Assembly (NCBI GenBank): GCA_964493915.1
Contig: CAZBQH010000415.1
Location: 1 to 50,468, forward strand
Reading direction: 5' to 3'
DNA from: an uncultured Nitrospiraceae bacterium
Lineage (GTDB): Bacteria; Hydrogenedentota; Hydrogenedentia; Hydrogenedentales; SLHB01
DNA length: 50,468 nucleotides
In this document: positions 17,901 through 26,165 of the stretch, one piece after another
Numbering within the stretch: position 1 is the stretch's first letter
Layout of the letters: each line of letters opens with the position of its first letter
Translations under genes and position numbers: made by a program
Notes under the pieces: generated by a model
Seen by the model: the letters and a program-made list of their open reading frames with translations, nothing else
Database searches by the model: none
What the model was told of the DNA's origin: nothing

Positions 17901-18098
17901 TACACGCTGACGATTGATGGCGAGAGCATTCCCCTTACCTGGGTCGAACATGACACGTCACACACTGGCAACGCTTACTTCGGCTACGCTGAGACCCCGG
18001 CCATCGACCTGGCAGTGAAAGGCCGAACCCTCTCGATCACAACCAGCAAACCGTGGTGCGCCATCCGCAAGGGTTTCCGCTTGATGGCCGGAGGCTGA
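14946..18098 (+). CDS. Multidomain GH13 (alpha-amylase family) protein
   Basis: GH13 conserved regions: YLYDLGISAVWL, LIDALHGHGIKVMGEVVPHG, GVRVDVA (nucleophile), ILPENF (acid/base), LNNHDT, PGIPMMYQEEEIG. Start codon uncertain. Confidence 0.8.
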   Translation: MNPTATAIGIFILFSTCAEDANVEWMVSEGWLMAEHAGLALLGRGHGYAVDVVVDDEPLLEDSGTVAEAKTKGTPFEVVYNAEKGRLVDRFEPFPAMGKNAWLRTLTYTNTSGNTQDLLRATMRIAPAITPEAAKWNPRYFWMAETAQGGSLCLAYRGSTDFYHIREDESGNPAHVVDSCWRLKPGQHAVIGSQGVWLAQNGREGFRTEAQRWYRAIDLHVPEQEPDWLNDMVLYEFNAGGHIDSRFSDVGGFDRLARQADYLYDLGISAVWLQAVHKHKTPPDPMTGGWNLYDPLDVLEVDAILGGPEALERLIDALHGHGIKVMGEVVPHGGHSIQAQALESWWTYKRDGTPQRNWGGCGMDYSSPEWQEVMRQACVLLAQRYGMIGVRVDVADGSGPNWKSPRTNHASFSTLAGSVEMLEAIRQGLQEGTPDPVILPENFNTAEHFGVTPLGYGHGTWMMLSREIPGMKHDPAAMASRIRDYFEEERGGYPEGARIIRTLNNHDTVAESGRVHLRYGVGLARALYGVCLMTPGIPMMYQEEEIGSFDALRTMNWARRRIPEFATGEPDYFAIDFAPDVFTCLRSHGNAHALGLSNLSGETVSGAVSLPAALNIADGTRVYDGVSGLQWAVEHGAFQIELAPYQTALLRIGQPPAGNMPQPAFPGEALVEPATQEALVVKAAGDGIHVRCGRLIATIEAGPGPWRESKEHNGTIQLDAEYGSIAITPNLAFTITLEQTGPGFTPELAILNADRWSVSGLTALLEDRLLRRHFPFPPEANYTWNKSMTWGARIYTTAPTARLWQSLLEPLHPANPALAFADRDGAVLLLADVYAEPAANIVLTDRTDEGDPDPYGLVLRFHAIDPDLRPDIAAVGLGQPWIVEETAQIGPKQQRVHFRLEEAASGALRALLAAPRRPVERCEARVVHSGGIVKGLHNNAENAIWLVEPGTVTWSHLARVEGKYRIRLELRHSEGSAAGTDLENAYTLTIDGESIPLTWVEHDTSHTGNAYFGYAETPAIDLAVKGRTLSITTSKPWCAIRKGFRLMAGG

Positions 18099-18168
18099 CC
18101 ATCGCGGAACCGCCGTAGCCTGGCCCTATCTCTTGCGACCTATAGCGGCTATGGAAGCTCGGCCGCCC

Positions 18169-19752
18169 TCAACGCCGGGTGGCGATGAAGGCATCCCACA
18201 GGTCTTTCTGAATGTACACGATGCGGAGCACGCCGGGCCGAAGGCCCTGATATTCGACCTGGTAATTACCCTCGAGGGCCGCCTCGACTGCCGACTGGCC
18301 CGCGGGAGATGTGATGACCACATCCGCATCCGCATCATCCGGCGAGGCGTTCCAATAACCGACCCGCGTATAACGCCGCAGATACCAGGGCAGGGGCCAA
18401 TAATCCCCGGTAGGCTCGATGACCCGGATTAGCATGGCCTTGCCCTTGGGCGACACGGCAGCGAGATCCTCAATCCTATCCACGAGGCGCATCAATGCGC
18501 TCGATGTGTGGGCATAAACGTACGGGTTGCGCGGGTCGGCCTCATAAACGTAACTGGCCCGATAGGCCTCGAGGCCCAGATGCGCGGCGCCCGCGGCGAA
18601 AAGCAATGCACTAACAGCGCGTACCCATCGAAGGCGCACCCGCTTGTACAACGCCGCCATGCCGTATCCCGCGAGCAGAATCATCCCCTCGAGAAAGCTC
18701 AAAACACACCACGGCGTCTTGTACGGGATTGCCGCGTAAAACACAGTCAACAACACCACGAAAAAGGCAACAAATGCCGGAAAGACTCTGCGCGACCCGA
18801 ACAGGGCGAAGGCGGCGCCGACAGTTGCAAATGCAAGGATGAACCCCTCGCTCCACCGTGGACCCAATGGATACCGGACATAGCCTAGAAGCCGTAAGTA
18901 GAAATGCCAGGGATGGTCATGGAGACCGGCGCCGCCCGCCCGGTCAAGATAGTAGACATAAGCGTGGAACGCGTCGAAAAGCCCTCGAGGATTGCTGAAA
19001 AAAGAGGAATAAAAGAGACCCGCTACGATAACGGCCACAGCAGCCCCGGCCAAGAGGTCCCGCGCGCGCCAGTACTGCTTGACGGGGAAAGGGATGCGCC
19101 GCCAATGCGCCCAAAAAAACGTCAGCGCAAGGCCGCCGGCCATCGCGGCCCAAGCCAGCACGGCCGTCTCTTTCGTGGCTTGTGCGAGGCCGAGAAATGC
19201 GCCCGCCAGCAGCGCCCAGTGCAGCTTGCGGACCTCAAGATAGCGCTGGCCACAGGCGATAACGGCGAAGGTAAAGAACACCAGGAGCGTTTCCTGGATG
19301 TAATACCGGCTGTAGAACACCATCGCAGGCGATACGGCGGTCAGGATCGCCACTCCCAATGTTGCACCGTAACCCAGGTCCCTGCGCAAAAGCCACAGTA
19401 GCAGCACCAACCCAATGCCGAAGAGCGCTGGTACGATGCGGAACGTCTGTTCGGTGCTGTCGGCGAAGGACTGCGTGCCCGTCAACCAGACCACAGGAAG
19501 GGTCAGGTAATAGAGGGTCGGCCCGTGGTGATCTTTCGGGTCATAGCGATAGAAACCGTCGTCAATGAGGCGGCCTGCCTTGTGGGCCTCGTTTGCCTCG
19601 TCGCCATGCATGGGGCGCCCGGAAAGTAGGGGCAACCGGAACCCTGCGGCGCCGGCAGCCACCAAGACAAGCACAACGAGATACACTGTTTGCCCGAACG
19701 GAGCTCGCGTCCTGGACGCTTCCTCAAGTTCAGGCGCGGCGTCAACGGCCAT
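18169..19752 (-). CDS. TIGR03663 / Agl23-like GT-C (PMT-like) integral membrane protein
   Basis: RPMHGDEA...YRYDPKDHHGPTLYY, SPAMVFYSRYYIQE, ATKET, YKTPW, NPYVYAHTS and YWPLPWYLR. Many TM helices. Confidence 0.8.
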   Translation of the reverse strand: MAVDAAPELEEASRTRAPFGQTVYLVVLVLVAAGAAGFRLPLLSGRPMHGDEANEAHKAGRLIDDGFYRYDPKDHHGPTLYYLTLPVVWLTGTQSFADSTEQTFRIVPALFGIGLVLLLWLLRRDLGYGATLGVAILTAVSPAMVFYSRYYIQETLLVFFTFAVIACGQRYLEVRKLHWALLAGAFLGLAQATKETAVLAWAAMAGGLALTFFWAHWRRIPFPVKQYWRARDLLAGAAVAVIVAGLFYSSFFSNPRGLFDAFHAYVYYLDRAGGAGLHDHPWHFYLRLLGYVRYPLGPRWSEGFILAFATVGAAFALFGSRRVFPAFVAFFVVLLTVFYAAIPYKTPWCVLSFLEGMILLAGYGMAALYKRVRLRWVRAVSALLFAAGAAHLGLEAYRASYVYEADPRNPYVYAHTSSALMRLVDRIEDLAAVSPKGKAMLIRVIEPTGDYWPLPWYLRRYTRVGYWNASPDDADADVVITSPAGQSAVEAALEGNYQVEYQGLRPGVLRIVYIQKDLWDAFIATRR

Positions 19753-19761
19753 GGGAAAATG

Positions 19762-20469
19762 TTACTCCACCGGCTTGCAGTAGACCTCGACCTCGACGTA
19801 GTGGTTTTTCTCGTCGGTAGTGTTGCCGTTGCTGTAGAGCCGGATGTAACGGCCCTTCACACCGCCCGCATCGATCAGTTTGCCCTGATACGACTCGATA
19901 TACTCCTTATCCTCGCCAATCCCGAGACCAGAGGAATTGTCGTGGTCGTTGTTGAAAACCGTCTTGACGCCCTGAGTAAAGTCTTTGTCCTCGGCGACCT
20001 TCGCGATGGTGTCAAAGTAAACGCGCTCGGCTGCGTGGTAATGCCACAAGAGCACGGCATATATTTCGCTCGGGACGCCCAGGTCGATCTGGACATACTG
20101 CACGCCTTCCGGCAGTTCAACTACGCCCTTCTCGAAATAACGCTTATCGCCGTCCGTGATGAGCTCAAGCTTGCCTGCCAGCGGTTTGGTCGCGCTGCTG
20201 GTCACAGCCTTGCCCTTCGCCAGATTTGCCGCACCCTGGGGCACATAGAAAGGAGGACGCTTCTTAAACGACCGCTCTTCAAGATTGGGGCTGAAATAGT
20301 TGAGGGGCGTGCCCCCGTAATACGGCTCGGGCAGCTCGAGTTCCAGCTCTACCTTGCCGTCGGGCGGCGCGGGCTTCTCATCTGAGGCGAAGGCCGGAAA
20401 CCCGCCTAGCGCGGCAGCGCCCAATGCGACGAGCAAGGTGAAAAAGAGAGGTACGTTACGCTTCATCAT
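19762..20469 (-). CDS. Secreted discoidin/F5-8 type C-like (galactose-binding fold) protein
   Basis: Signal peptide. NLAKGKAVTSS...LITDGDK...YVQIDLG...GRYIRLYSNG...YVEVEVY. Only 9 nt upstream of the TIGR03663 gene. Confidence 0.65.
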   Translation of the reverse strand: MMKRNVPLFFTLLVALGAAALGGFPAFASDEKPAPPDGKVELELELPEPYYGGTPLNYFSPNLEERSFKKRPPFYVPQGAANLAKGKAVTSSATKPLAGKLELITDGDKRYFEKGVVELPEGVQYVQIDLGVPSEIYAVLLWHYHAAERVYFDTIAKVAEDKDFTQGVKTVFNNDHDNSSGLGIGEDKEYIESYQGKLIDAGGVKGRYIRLYSNGNTTDEKNHYVEVEVYCKPVE

Positions 20470-20624
20470 GGTTTTCCTTCCAGGCTGCTTCGGTTCTACA
20501 ATCAGACGTGTTGTCGGCCGCGCTCATTCAATCCATTGCGAGCTGTGATCAGACATGGCCCGAATCTCAAGTATCCGGTGCGCTCCCGCACCAAGTCAAA
20601 TGCGCAGCATAAGCTGCGCCGTCG

Positions 20625-21482
20625 CTAATCCCCGACAACGACCTTCGCGAACACCGGGTAGTGGTCTGAAGGATACCGTCCGTCCTCCTCGTAGGCAACC
20701 GTTTCACAGTATGTTGCGCGTGCTGCGCCCCCCGTCAACACCCAGTCGATGCGGTCGTCTCTATCTGGGCACGGGCCTTTGAAGTCCCCGAACGTATGGG
20801 CCGGACCTCTCGTCGCTGCACTTACCAGCCACGCATCGGACAGTCCGCCGCCTGTCAGGATGCTCCAGGGTTCGCTCTTGCATGCAAGGGCGTTGAAATC
20901 CCCCGTTACAATTACGGGAGCGCCGGCGGCAATATCCTGGATGCGGCGGAGCAGAAGCCGGGCGCTCTCGATACGCGCCGTCTCGCTCGCATGGTCGAAA
21001 TGCGTATTGAAGGCATAGAACGCCTGTTGGCTCGGAATATGGTAAAAACGCGCCCAAGTCGCCATCCGGGTACACCGGGTGGACCAGGACCGCGATCCCG
21101 GCACATCCGGCGTCTCAGATAGCCAGAAGTGGCCCGAGGAAAGGGGTCTCAGCACGCGCACATCATAGAAAAGGGCGGTCGTCTCGCCCGTGCAGTCGGC
21201 CTCGCGTCCCAGGCCGATCCACTTGTACCGAGGCAGCGCCTCACAGATATAGTCAGCCTGAAAATCCAGGCATTCCTGCGCGCCGAACACGTGCGGCTCG
21301 TACGTGCGAAGAACGCCCGCCACGATGTCTTTCCGGTGCGCCCAAGCGTTCTCGCCATCATCCGCTGTACCGTGACGGACATTAAAGGACATCACTTTGA
21401 GCTCGACGCCCGCAAAGGCGGATGGGCATGAAAAGTAAAAGGCTATCCCGATTGCAAAGCAAAGAAGCGTCCACTGACTCAT
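20625..21482 (-). CDS. Secreted endonuclease/exonuclease/phosphatase (EEP) family protein
   Basis: VMSFNVR, GAQEC, FWLSETP, NTHFDH, VTGDFN, RIDWV and PSDHYPV. Confidence 0.9.
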   Translation of the reverse strand: MSQWTLLCFAIGIAFYFSCPSAFAGVELKVMSFNVRHGTADDGENAWAHRKDIVAGVLRTYEPHVFGAQECLDFQADYICEALPRYKWIGLGREADCTGETTALFYDVRVLRPLSSGHFWLSETPDVPGSRSWSTRCTRMATWARFYHIPSQQAFYAFNTHFDHASETARIESARLLLRRIQDIAAGAPVIVTGDFNALACKSEPWSILTGGGLSDAWLVSAATRGPAHTFGDFKGPCPDRDDRIDWVLTGGAARATYCETVAYEEDGRYPSDHYPVFAKVVVGD

Positions 21483-21535
21483 CGAAGATCCTTACCTGTT
21501 GCTCGAGTTTCCCGCGATGCCCGTGAAAAAACCAT

Positions 21536-22528
21536 CTACGCGATCGCGTCCAGGACCGTTCTGTCGAAATCCTTTGTGCGGCAGCAGCCGATGACAGGCG
21601 CGCCCAGGAAAGCGACGGTCCGCTCCGCCTGGTCCAGGCCGAAAAAGGCTTCCGCTCTGGCATGAAATTGCTCGATAAGGCGCTCGATATCGCGGTCGAT
21701 GGCCTCGACAAGCACCGGAATTCCCTCGCGAGCGCGAGGAGGCGCTCCATCGACAGCCGCCGCCGCGTAGTTGCGCAATATCCGCTGGTCGTTCCAAGCG
21801 CCCAATACCTCCTGGGCATTCTTGAGCTGCACGAGGAACGCGTCCATCTCACTTCCATAGAGGGGCGCGTAGACCTCGCAGGCGTACCGAAGCTTCTTGA
21901 AACGCACGCGAATGCGGTGGAGGATGTCCTCAGCAGGAGCGCTTGTCCAAAGCGAATAAAGGTTCCTCAGACGGCCATAGCCCTTGGTGAGACGGCGGGC
22001 TGCGGCCTTAAGATAGCACTCTTTGCAGGGCGCAATGCTCTCGAAGATGTCGATCAGGGCGCGGTTGAATTCAGGCGTGCTAACGGAAATTGCGGATGCA
22101 ATCACCTTCTCGGACTCAGCTTTCCGCAACGCGCGGAGCTTCTTGACAAGATGCACCACACCGTGCCGGGGGGCGCCGTGGACCTGTCTTCTGCGCTCTT
22201 CCAGAAGGCTAAGGCAAACATCAAGCTCGCGAGCCTTGCCGAGGGACGACGTGACTCCGCGCAGACGGGTCTGAAAATCGGCATAGGCCTTTTTCCCAAA
22301 GACGGCCTTGTGCTCGCGCAAGGCGGCGCGCAGCCGGCGCGACGCCACTCGCATATCGTGGATGCCGTCGACATCCTCGAGGCGGGCTTTCTCACTCGTT
22401 CCACGCAGTTTGCCCACGCGCTTCTTGAGCGACAAAGAGGCCGCCTCGCTCGCTAGTACACATGGCTTGGTCACAAACAGCCTTTCTGGAACGCCCCGCC
22501 TGCGACTCCGCGAAACCGAGCTTATCAT
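21536..22528 (-). CDS. CHAD domain protein (polyphosphate-binding family)
   Basis: IHDMRVASRRLRAAL, LGKARELDV, LHRIRVRFKKLRYACE and QEVLGAWND. Confidence 0.88.
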   Translation of the reverse strand: MISSVSRSRRRGVPERLFVTKPCVLASEAASLSLKKRVGKLRGTSEKARLEDVDGIHDMRVASRRLRAALREHKAVFGKKAYADFQTRLRGVTSSLGKARELDVCLSLLEERRRQVHGAPRHGVVHLVKKLRALRKAESEKVIASAISVSTPEFNRALIDIFESIAPCKECYLKAAARRLTKGYGRLRNLYSLWTSAPAEDILHRIRVRFKKLRYACEVYAPLYGSEMDAFLVQLKNAQEVLGAWNDQRILRNYAAAAVDGAPPRAREGIPVLVEAIDRDIERLIEQFHARAEAFFGLDQAERTVAFLGAPVIGCCRTKDFDRTVLDAIA

Positions 22529-22683
22529 GCTGCGGCCCTACCCGGCAAAACAACGACTATGAAATCGTTGCAGAAAACAGAACGAAGGGCGCCCGCGTCT
22601 ATGGACCTTCTTACTTTCCCTTTGCCAGGCCTGCGTAGACGCGGACATTTCTACTTTGCATTTACCCAGCGGACGCCGGGGGT

Positions 22684-22713
22684 TTGACCTGACTGGGTTT
22701 TGGCCGCTATACT
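22684..22713 (+). promoter_or_regulatory. sigma70 promoter of rpsA
   Basis: TTGACC, 18 nt, TATACT, 60 nt upstream of the ATG. Confidence 0.6.
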
Positions 22714-22772
22714 CTACCGTCTGTCCCTTTGGGACAAGGCAAATCCTATGATTGGAGGTCTTTGGAAACCGT

Positions 22773-24827
22773 ATGGCACAAGAAAACAACCTGGAACAAC
22801 AAGGTGCTGAAGAAGCACAACAACCGGCGCCTAATAATCTCGAGGCTGTAACACCTCCCCCCGAAGTGACAACAGACCTGGATTCCCCGCCCGACCAGTT
22901 TTCGATGGCAGAAATGGAAGCGCTTTACGACCAAAGCATGCGCAATTTCCGCGAGGGGGAAGTGGTCCACGGCAAAGTCGTCGAAGTCACCAATGACTTT
23001 GTACTCGTCGATATCGGCTACAAAAGCGAAGGCGTGATCCCTATAGGGGAATTCATCGACCCAAATGAAGTGCATCCGGGCGATGAGTTTGACGTTTTTA
23101 TTGATGAGCCGGAAGACGAGGACGGGATGCCCATCCTATCCAAGATCAAGGCGGACAAGATTAAGAACTGGACCCATATCCAGAAGGTATACGAGGAAGA
23201 CGGCGTGATTGAGGGGCGGATTATGCGCCGGGTCAAAGGCGGGCTCAAGGTCGACATCGGAGTCGATGCGTTCATGCCCGCGAGCCAGCTTACCTGGCGG
23301 CCGACAAGCGACCTCGAGCGCTACATCGGCCAGACCATGGAGGTTAAGATCATCAAGCTCACCAAACGGCGTCGCAACGTCGTAGTGAGCCGGCGCAAAC
23401 TGCTCGAAGAGCAACGGGCAGGCGAGAAAGCCAAGTTGTTGGCTACCATCGAGATAGGGCAGATCATTCCAGGCGAGGTCAAGAACATAACGGACTTTGG
23501 GGCTTTCGTCGATGTCGGCGGAATTGACGGTCTGCTCCATGTGACTGACATGTCTTGGGGCCGTGTCAAACATCCGTCTCATGTGGTCTCCGTCGGTCAG
23601 CGCATCGAGGTAGTGGTCCTGAACTTCGATCGGCACACAGAGCGGATCAGCCTTGGGCTGAAGCAAAAAACTGAGAATCCGTGGCGGTCGTCCGCCGAAC
23701 GGTATCCCGTAGGCAGCGTGGTGCGCGGCAAAGTGGTCAGCATGACGGACTACGGCGCGTTCGTACAGCTTGAGGATGGCATCGAGGGCATGGTGCACGT
23801 CAGCGAAATGAGCTGGACCCGCCGGGTCCGGCACCCCAGCGAGGTCGTATCGCTGGATGAAGAAGTAGACGTGATGGTCCTCAGTGTCGATCCCGAAGCG
23901 GAGAAGATCGCTCTTGGATTCAAACAGACGCAGCCCAATCCATGGCGGAGCATGGAACAGCGCTATCCGGCAGGCTCAACCGTTCGCGGCACTGTGCGCA
24001 ACATCACGGACTACGGCGCTTTTGTCGAGATTGAGGAAGGCATTGACGCGTTGCTCCACGTAAGCGACATGTCCTGGACCAAAAAAGTGGCGCATCCTTC
24101 GGATGTACTCCAGAAGAATCAGGAAATTGACGTCAAAATCCTGAGCATCGACCCCGACAATGAGAAAATAAGCGTCGGACTTAAGCAACTCGAGGAAGAT
24201 CCGTGGCAGCAAGTGGTCGAGGCGCATCCCATCGGCACGCACGTCGAGGTCGAGATCGCCAAGATTGTGAGTTTTGGCGCTTTCGCACGTATGGAAAACG
24301 GCATCGAGGGCCTTATCCACGTGAGCGAGCTGTCCGAAGAGCGCATCACAAAGCCGGAAGAAGTCGTCTCAGTAGGCGACAAAGTCTGGACCAAAGTGAT
24401 CAGCATTGACCCTTCGGAACGAAAGATCGGGCTAAGCATCCGCGAGTATCGGCGCGACATGGAGATCGCGGCGGAGGCGGAGCACCGCCAAGGCGGCGCC
24501 AGCAATGCGATCAGCATTGGCGAAGCCCTTGGCGATGCGGTGCCGCGTTCACTCCTGTCCGCTGGTCAGACCCTCAGCGAAGCGGCGAACGCAATGATGG
24601 CCGAGCTCCGGGCACAGGAAGAAGCCGAAAAGGCGAAGGCCGAAGAAAGTATGCAGGACAAGCTGCCCCAGCCGGAAGCCGAAGAACCACGCTCTGAAGC
24701 CGAAGCCCCTCCCGAACCTGTGACCGGTGAGGCACCTTCCGATGCCGTCTCTGATTCCGCCGAGGACAGCAAGGAAAACGGCGGCGACAGTGAAGAACGC
24801 GTCGAGGAACCCAAGGAAGAGTCCTAA
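22773..24827 (+). CDS. rpsA: 30S ribosomal protein S1
   Basis: Six S1 repeats (VDIGYKSEG, ITDFGAFVDVGGIDGLLHVTDMSW, MTDYGAFVQLEDGIEGMVHVSEMSW and others). Acidic N- and C-terminal extensions. Confidence 0.97.
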   Translation: MAQENNLEQQGAEEAQQPAPNNLEAVTPPPEVTTDLDSPPDQFSMAEMEALYDQSMRNFREGEVVHGKVVEVTNDFVLVDIGYKSEGVIPIGEFIDPNEVHPGDEFDVFIDEPEDEDGMPILSKIKADKIKNWTHIQKVYEEDGVIEGRIMRRVKGGLKVDIGVDAFMPASQLTWRPTSDLERYIGQTMEVKIIKLTKRRRNVVVSRRKLLEEQRAGEKAKLLATIEIGQIIPGEVKNITDFGAFVDVGGIDGLLHVTDMSWGRVKHPSHVVSVGQRIEVVVLNFDRHTERISLGLKQKTENPWRSSAERYPVGSVVRGKVVSMTDYGAFVQLEDGIEGMVHVSEMSWTRRVRHPSEVVSLDEEVDVMVLSVDPEAEKIALGFKQTQPNPWRSMEQRYPAGSTVRGTVRNITDYGAFVEIEEGIDALLHVSDMSWTKKVAHPSDVLQKNQEIDVKILSIDPDNEKISVGLKQLEEDPWQQVVEAHPIGTHVEVEIAKIVSFGAFARMENGIEGLIHVSELSEERITKPEEVVSVGDKVWTKVISIDPSERKIGLSIREYRRDMEIAAEAEHRQGGASNAISIGEALGDAVPRSLLSAGQTLSEAANAMMAELRAQEEAEKAKAEESMQDKLPQPEAEEPRSEAEAPPEPVTGEAPSDAVSDSAEDSKENGGDSEERVEEPKEES

Positions 24828-24866
24828 CAAGCTAGAGCCGATCCTGAAAAATGCACCGAACGTTGG

Positions 24867-24900
24867 AGCGCCGCTCTTGGAAGCGGCGCTTTCTCATATT
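24867..24900 (+). terminator. Terminator after rpsA
   Basis: 9-bp stem AGCGCCGCT / AGCGGCGCT followed by TTCTCATATT. Confidence 0.6.
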
Positions 24901-24987
24901 GAGTGAACAGCCAACCTGTGAAGTCTATCAGGGCACGTGTGACGTTTCGCGCGACGAATGTCTGCGGGGCCAAAGGGACGTGGGACT

Positions 24988-25506
24988 CTATGGAAGGCGT
25001 TTCTTGAGTTGCTCGATGTGGTTACGTTCTTCCCGCGTAAGACGATCTTCCAACCGTTCGATGTTGGCGCTATTCTGCCGATGCGTCTGCTCGAGCAGTG
25101 CACGGCCGAGCGTCTCGCGCACAGTCTCAAGGAAATTGTCTGAGCTCATCACCATGGCGCCCAACCCTCGGCACAGCTCCCGCAGCCCGCGGTCGCCACT
25201 GACCACGATCACGTCACCGCGATTGGCAAGCAGATAGATCTCACGCTCGATCAACGCATCAGCCGACTGGTGGCCTGGAGAGTAAAGGACCTCCACTCCA
25301 GCGGCAAGGGAGGCGACGGCGCCGTTTTCTGCCCGTCTCCCGCTCCCGTCGAACACAACCTTGATGGGAGAGCCGGTGGCGACGCTGAAGCGCGTTACAA
25401 GTTCAACGAGACGGTCGCGACCTGCCTCGAAATCGGAGAGGGGCACAGCGTGAAGGGCGGATGCGTGATAGACGACGTTATATCCGTCAATATAGTAGAT
25501 AGGCAT
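24988..25506 (-). CDS. YacP/Rae1-like NYN-domain ribonuclease
   Basis: MPIYYIDGYNV, VVFDG, SADALIER, VVSGDR and GLGAMVMSS. Likely start is ATG 25506. Confidence 0.85.
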   Translation of the reverse strand: MPIYYIDGYNVVYHASALHAVPLSDFEAGRDRLVELVTRFSVATGSPIKVVFDGSGRRAENGAVASLAAGVEVLYSPGHQSADALIEREIYLLANRGDVIVVSGDRGLRELCRGLGAMVMSSDNFLETVRETLGRALLEQTHRQNSANIERLEDRLTREERNHIEQLKKRLP

Positions 25507-25569
25507 TGCCGGCGGCTGCTTCCGTCCAAGGATGACAGCGCCTCGAAACGCTGACACTGAAAGGCAGGC

Positions 25570-25607
25570 AAAATAAGAGGGCCGCCATGGCAACACCCCA
25601 GCGGCCC
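25570..25607 (-). terminator. Terminator of the small-peptide cluster
   Basis: Minus strand stem GGGCCGC...GCGGCCC followed by TCTTATTTT, 35 nt after the peptide C stop. Confidence 0.65.
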
Positions 25608-25642
25608 ACGCAATCCAGTTCTCTAGCTCTCAAGCCCTCGGC

Positions 25643-25708
25643 CTAAAGCCAGCCGGTCACGCCTACGAGCTCAAGAATGATCAGAATCCACGCGAGCAAG
25701 CAGAGCAT
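25643..25708 (-). CDS. Small hydrophobic peptide C, 21 aa (MLCLLAWILIILELVGVTGWL)
   Basis: Translated by hand. SD AAGGAAAGGAGAAACAGG directly before ATG. Paralogous to peptide B. Confidence 0.7.
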   Translation of the reverse strand: MLCLLAWILIILELVGVTGWL

Positions 25709-25776
25709 CCTGTTTCTCCTTTCCTTACGTTAGTAAACGACCCCAACAACCTTCAGTCTGTCTTTAGACCACAACG

Positions 25777-25872
25777 CTACCACGCGTCGAGGCCAAAAAA
25801 CGCTCGTACAAGAAGGCGTATCACCATCACAAGCTCAAGGAACGTAGCAACCCACATAAGCAACCAGAGCAT
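25777..25872 (-). CDS. Small hydrophobic peptide B, 31 aa (MLWLLMWVATFLELVMVIRLLVRAFFGLDAW)
   Basis: Translated by hand. Purine-rich SD region GAGGAGAAGGAAGGGACAAACAAA before ATG. Shares MLxLLxWxxxxLELV with peptide C. Confidence 0.65.
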   Translation of the reverse strand: MLWLLMWVATFLELVMVIRLLVRAFFGLDAW

Positions 25873-25934
25873 TTTGTTTGTCCCTTCCTTCTCCTCAGGA
25901 TCAAACTAAATGGCCTTTAGCCTCCTTGAGGGTT

Positions 25935-25964
25935 CTTATACCAAAATGCCTTTGCGGATGTCTA
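25935..25964 (-). promoter_or_regulatory. sigma70 promoter for peptides B and C
   Basis: Minus strand TAGACA, 18 nt ending in TGG, TATAAG (extended -10). Confidence 0.55.
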
Positions 25965-26035
25965 GTGCAACCTTGCCCTCAACCTCCGGTCTAGAGCACT
26001 CTGGCGCATCCACCCTGAGCACCTTGTACCCGGGC

Positions 26036-26110
26036 CTAGAAGATGTCCAGGACTCCAAATACGTCAAGCAATGCCACAATCAGCGCTACAATCAGCAAAA
26101 AAGTACCCAT
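26036..26110 (-). CDS. Small hydrophobic peptide A, 24 aa (MGTFLLIVALIVALLDVFGVLDIF)
   Basis: Translated by hand. SD CGGAAAGGAGAGAGAT directly before ATG. One predicted TM helix. Confidence 0.7.
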   Translation of the reverse strand: MGTFLLIVALIVALLDVFGVLDIF

Positions 26111-26165
26111 ATCTCTCTCCTTTCCGTTTTTGCAACTCCCTCAATTCAGACCCGATTCAACTCAC

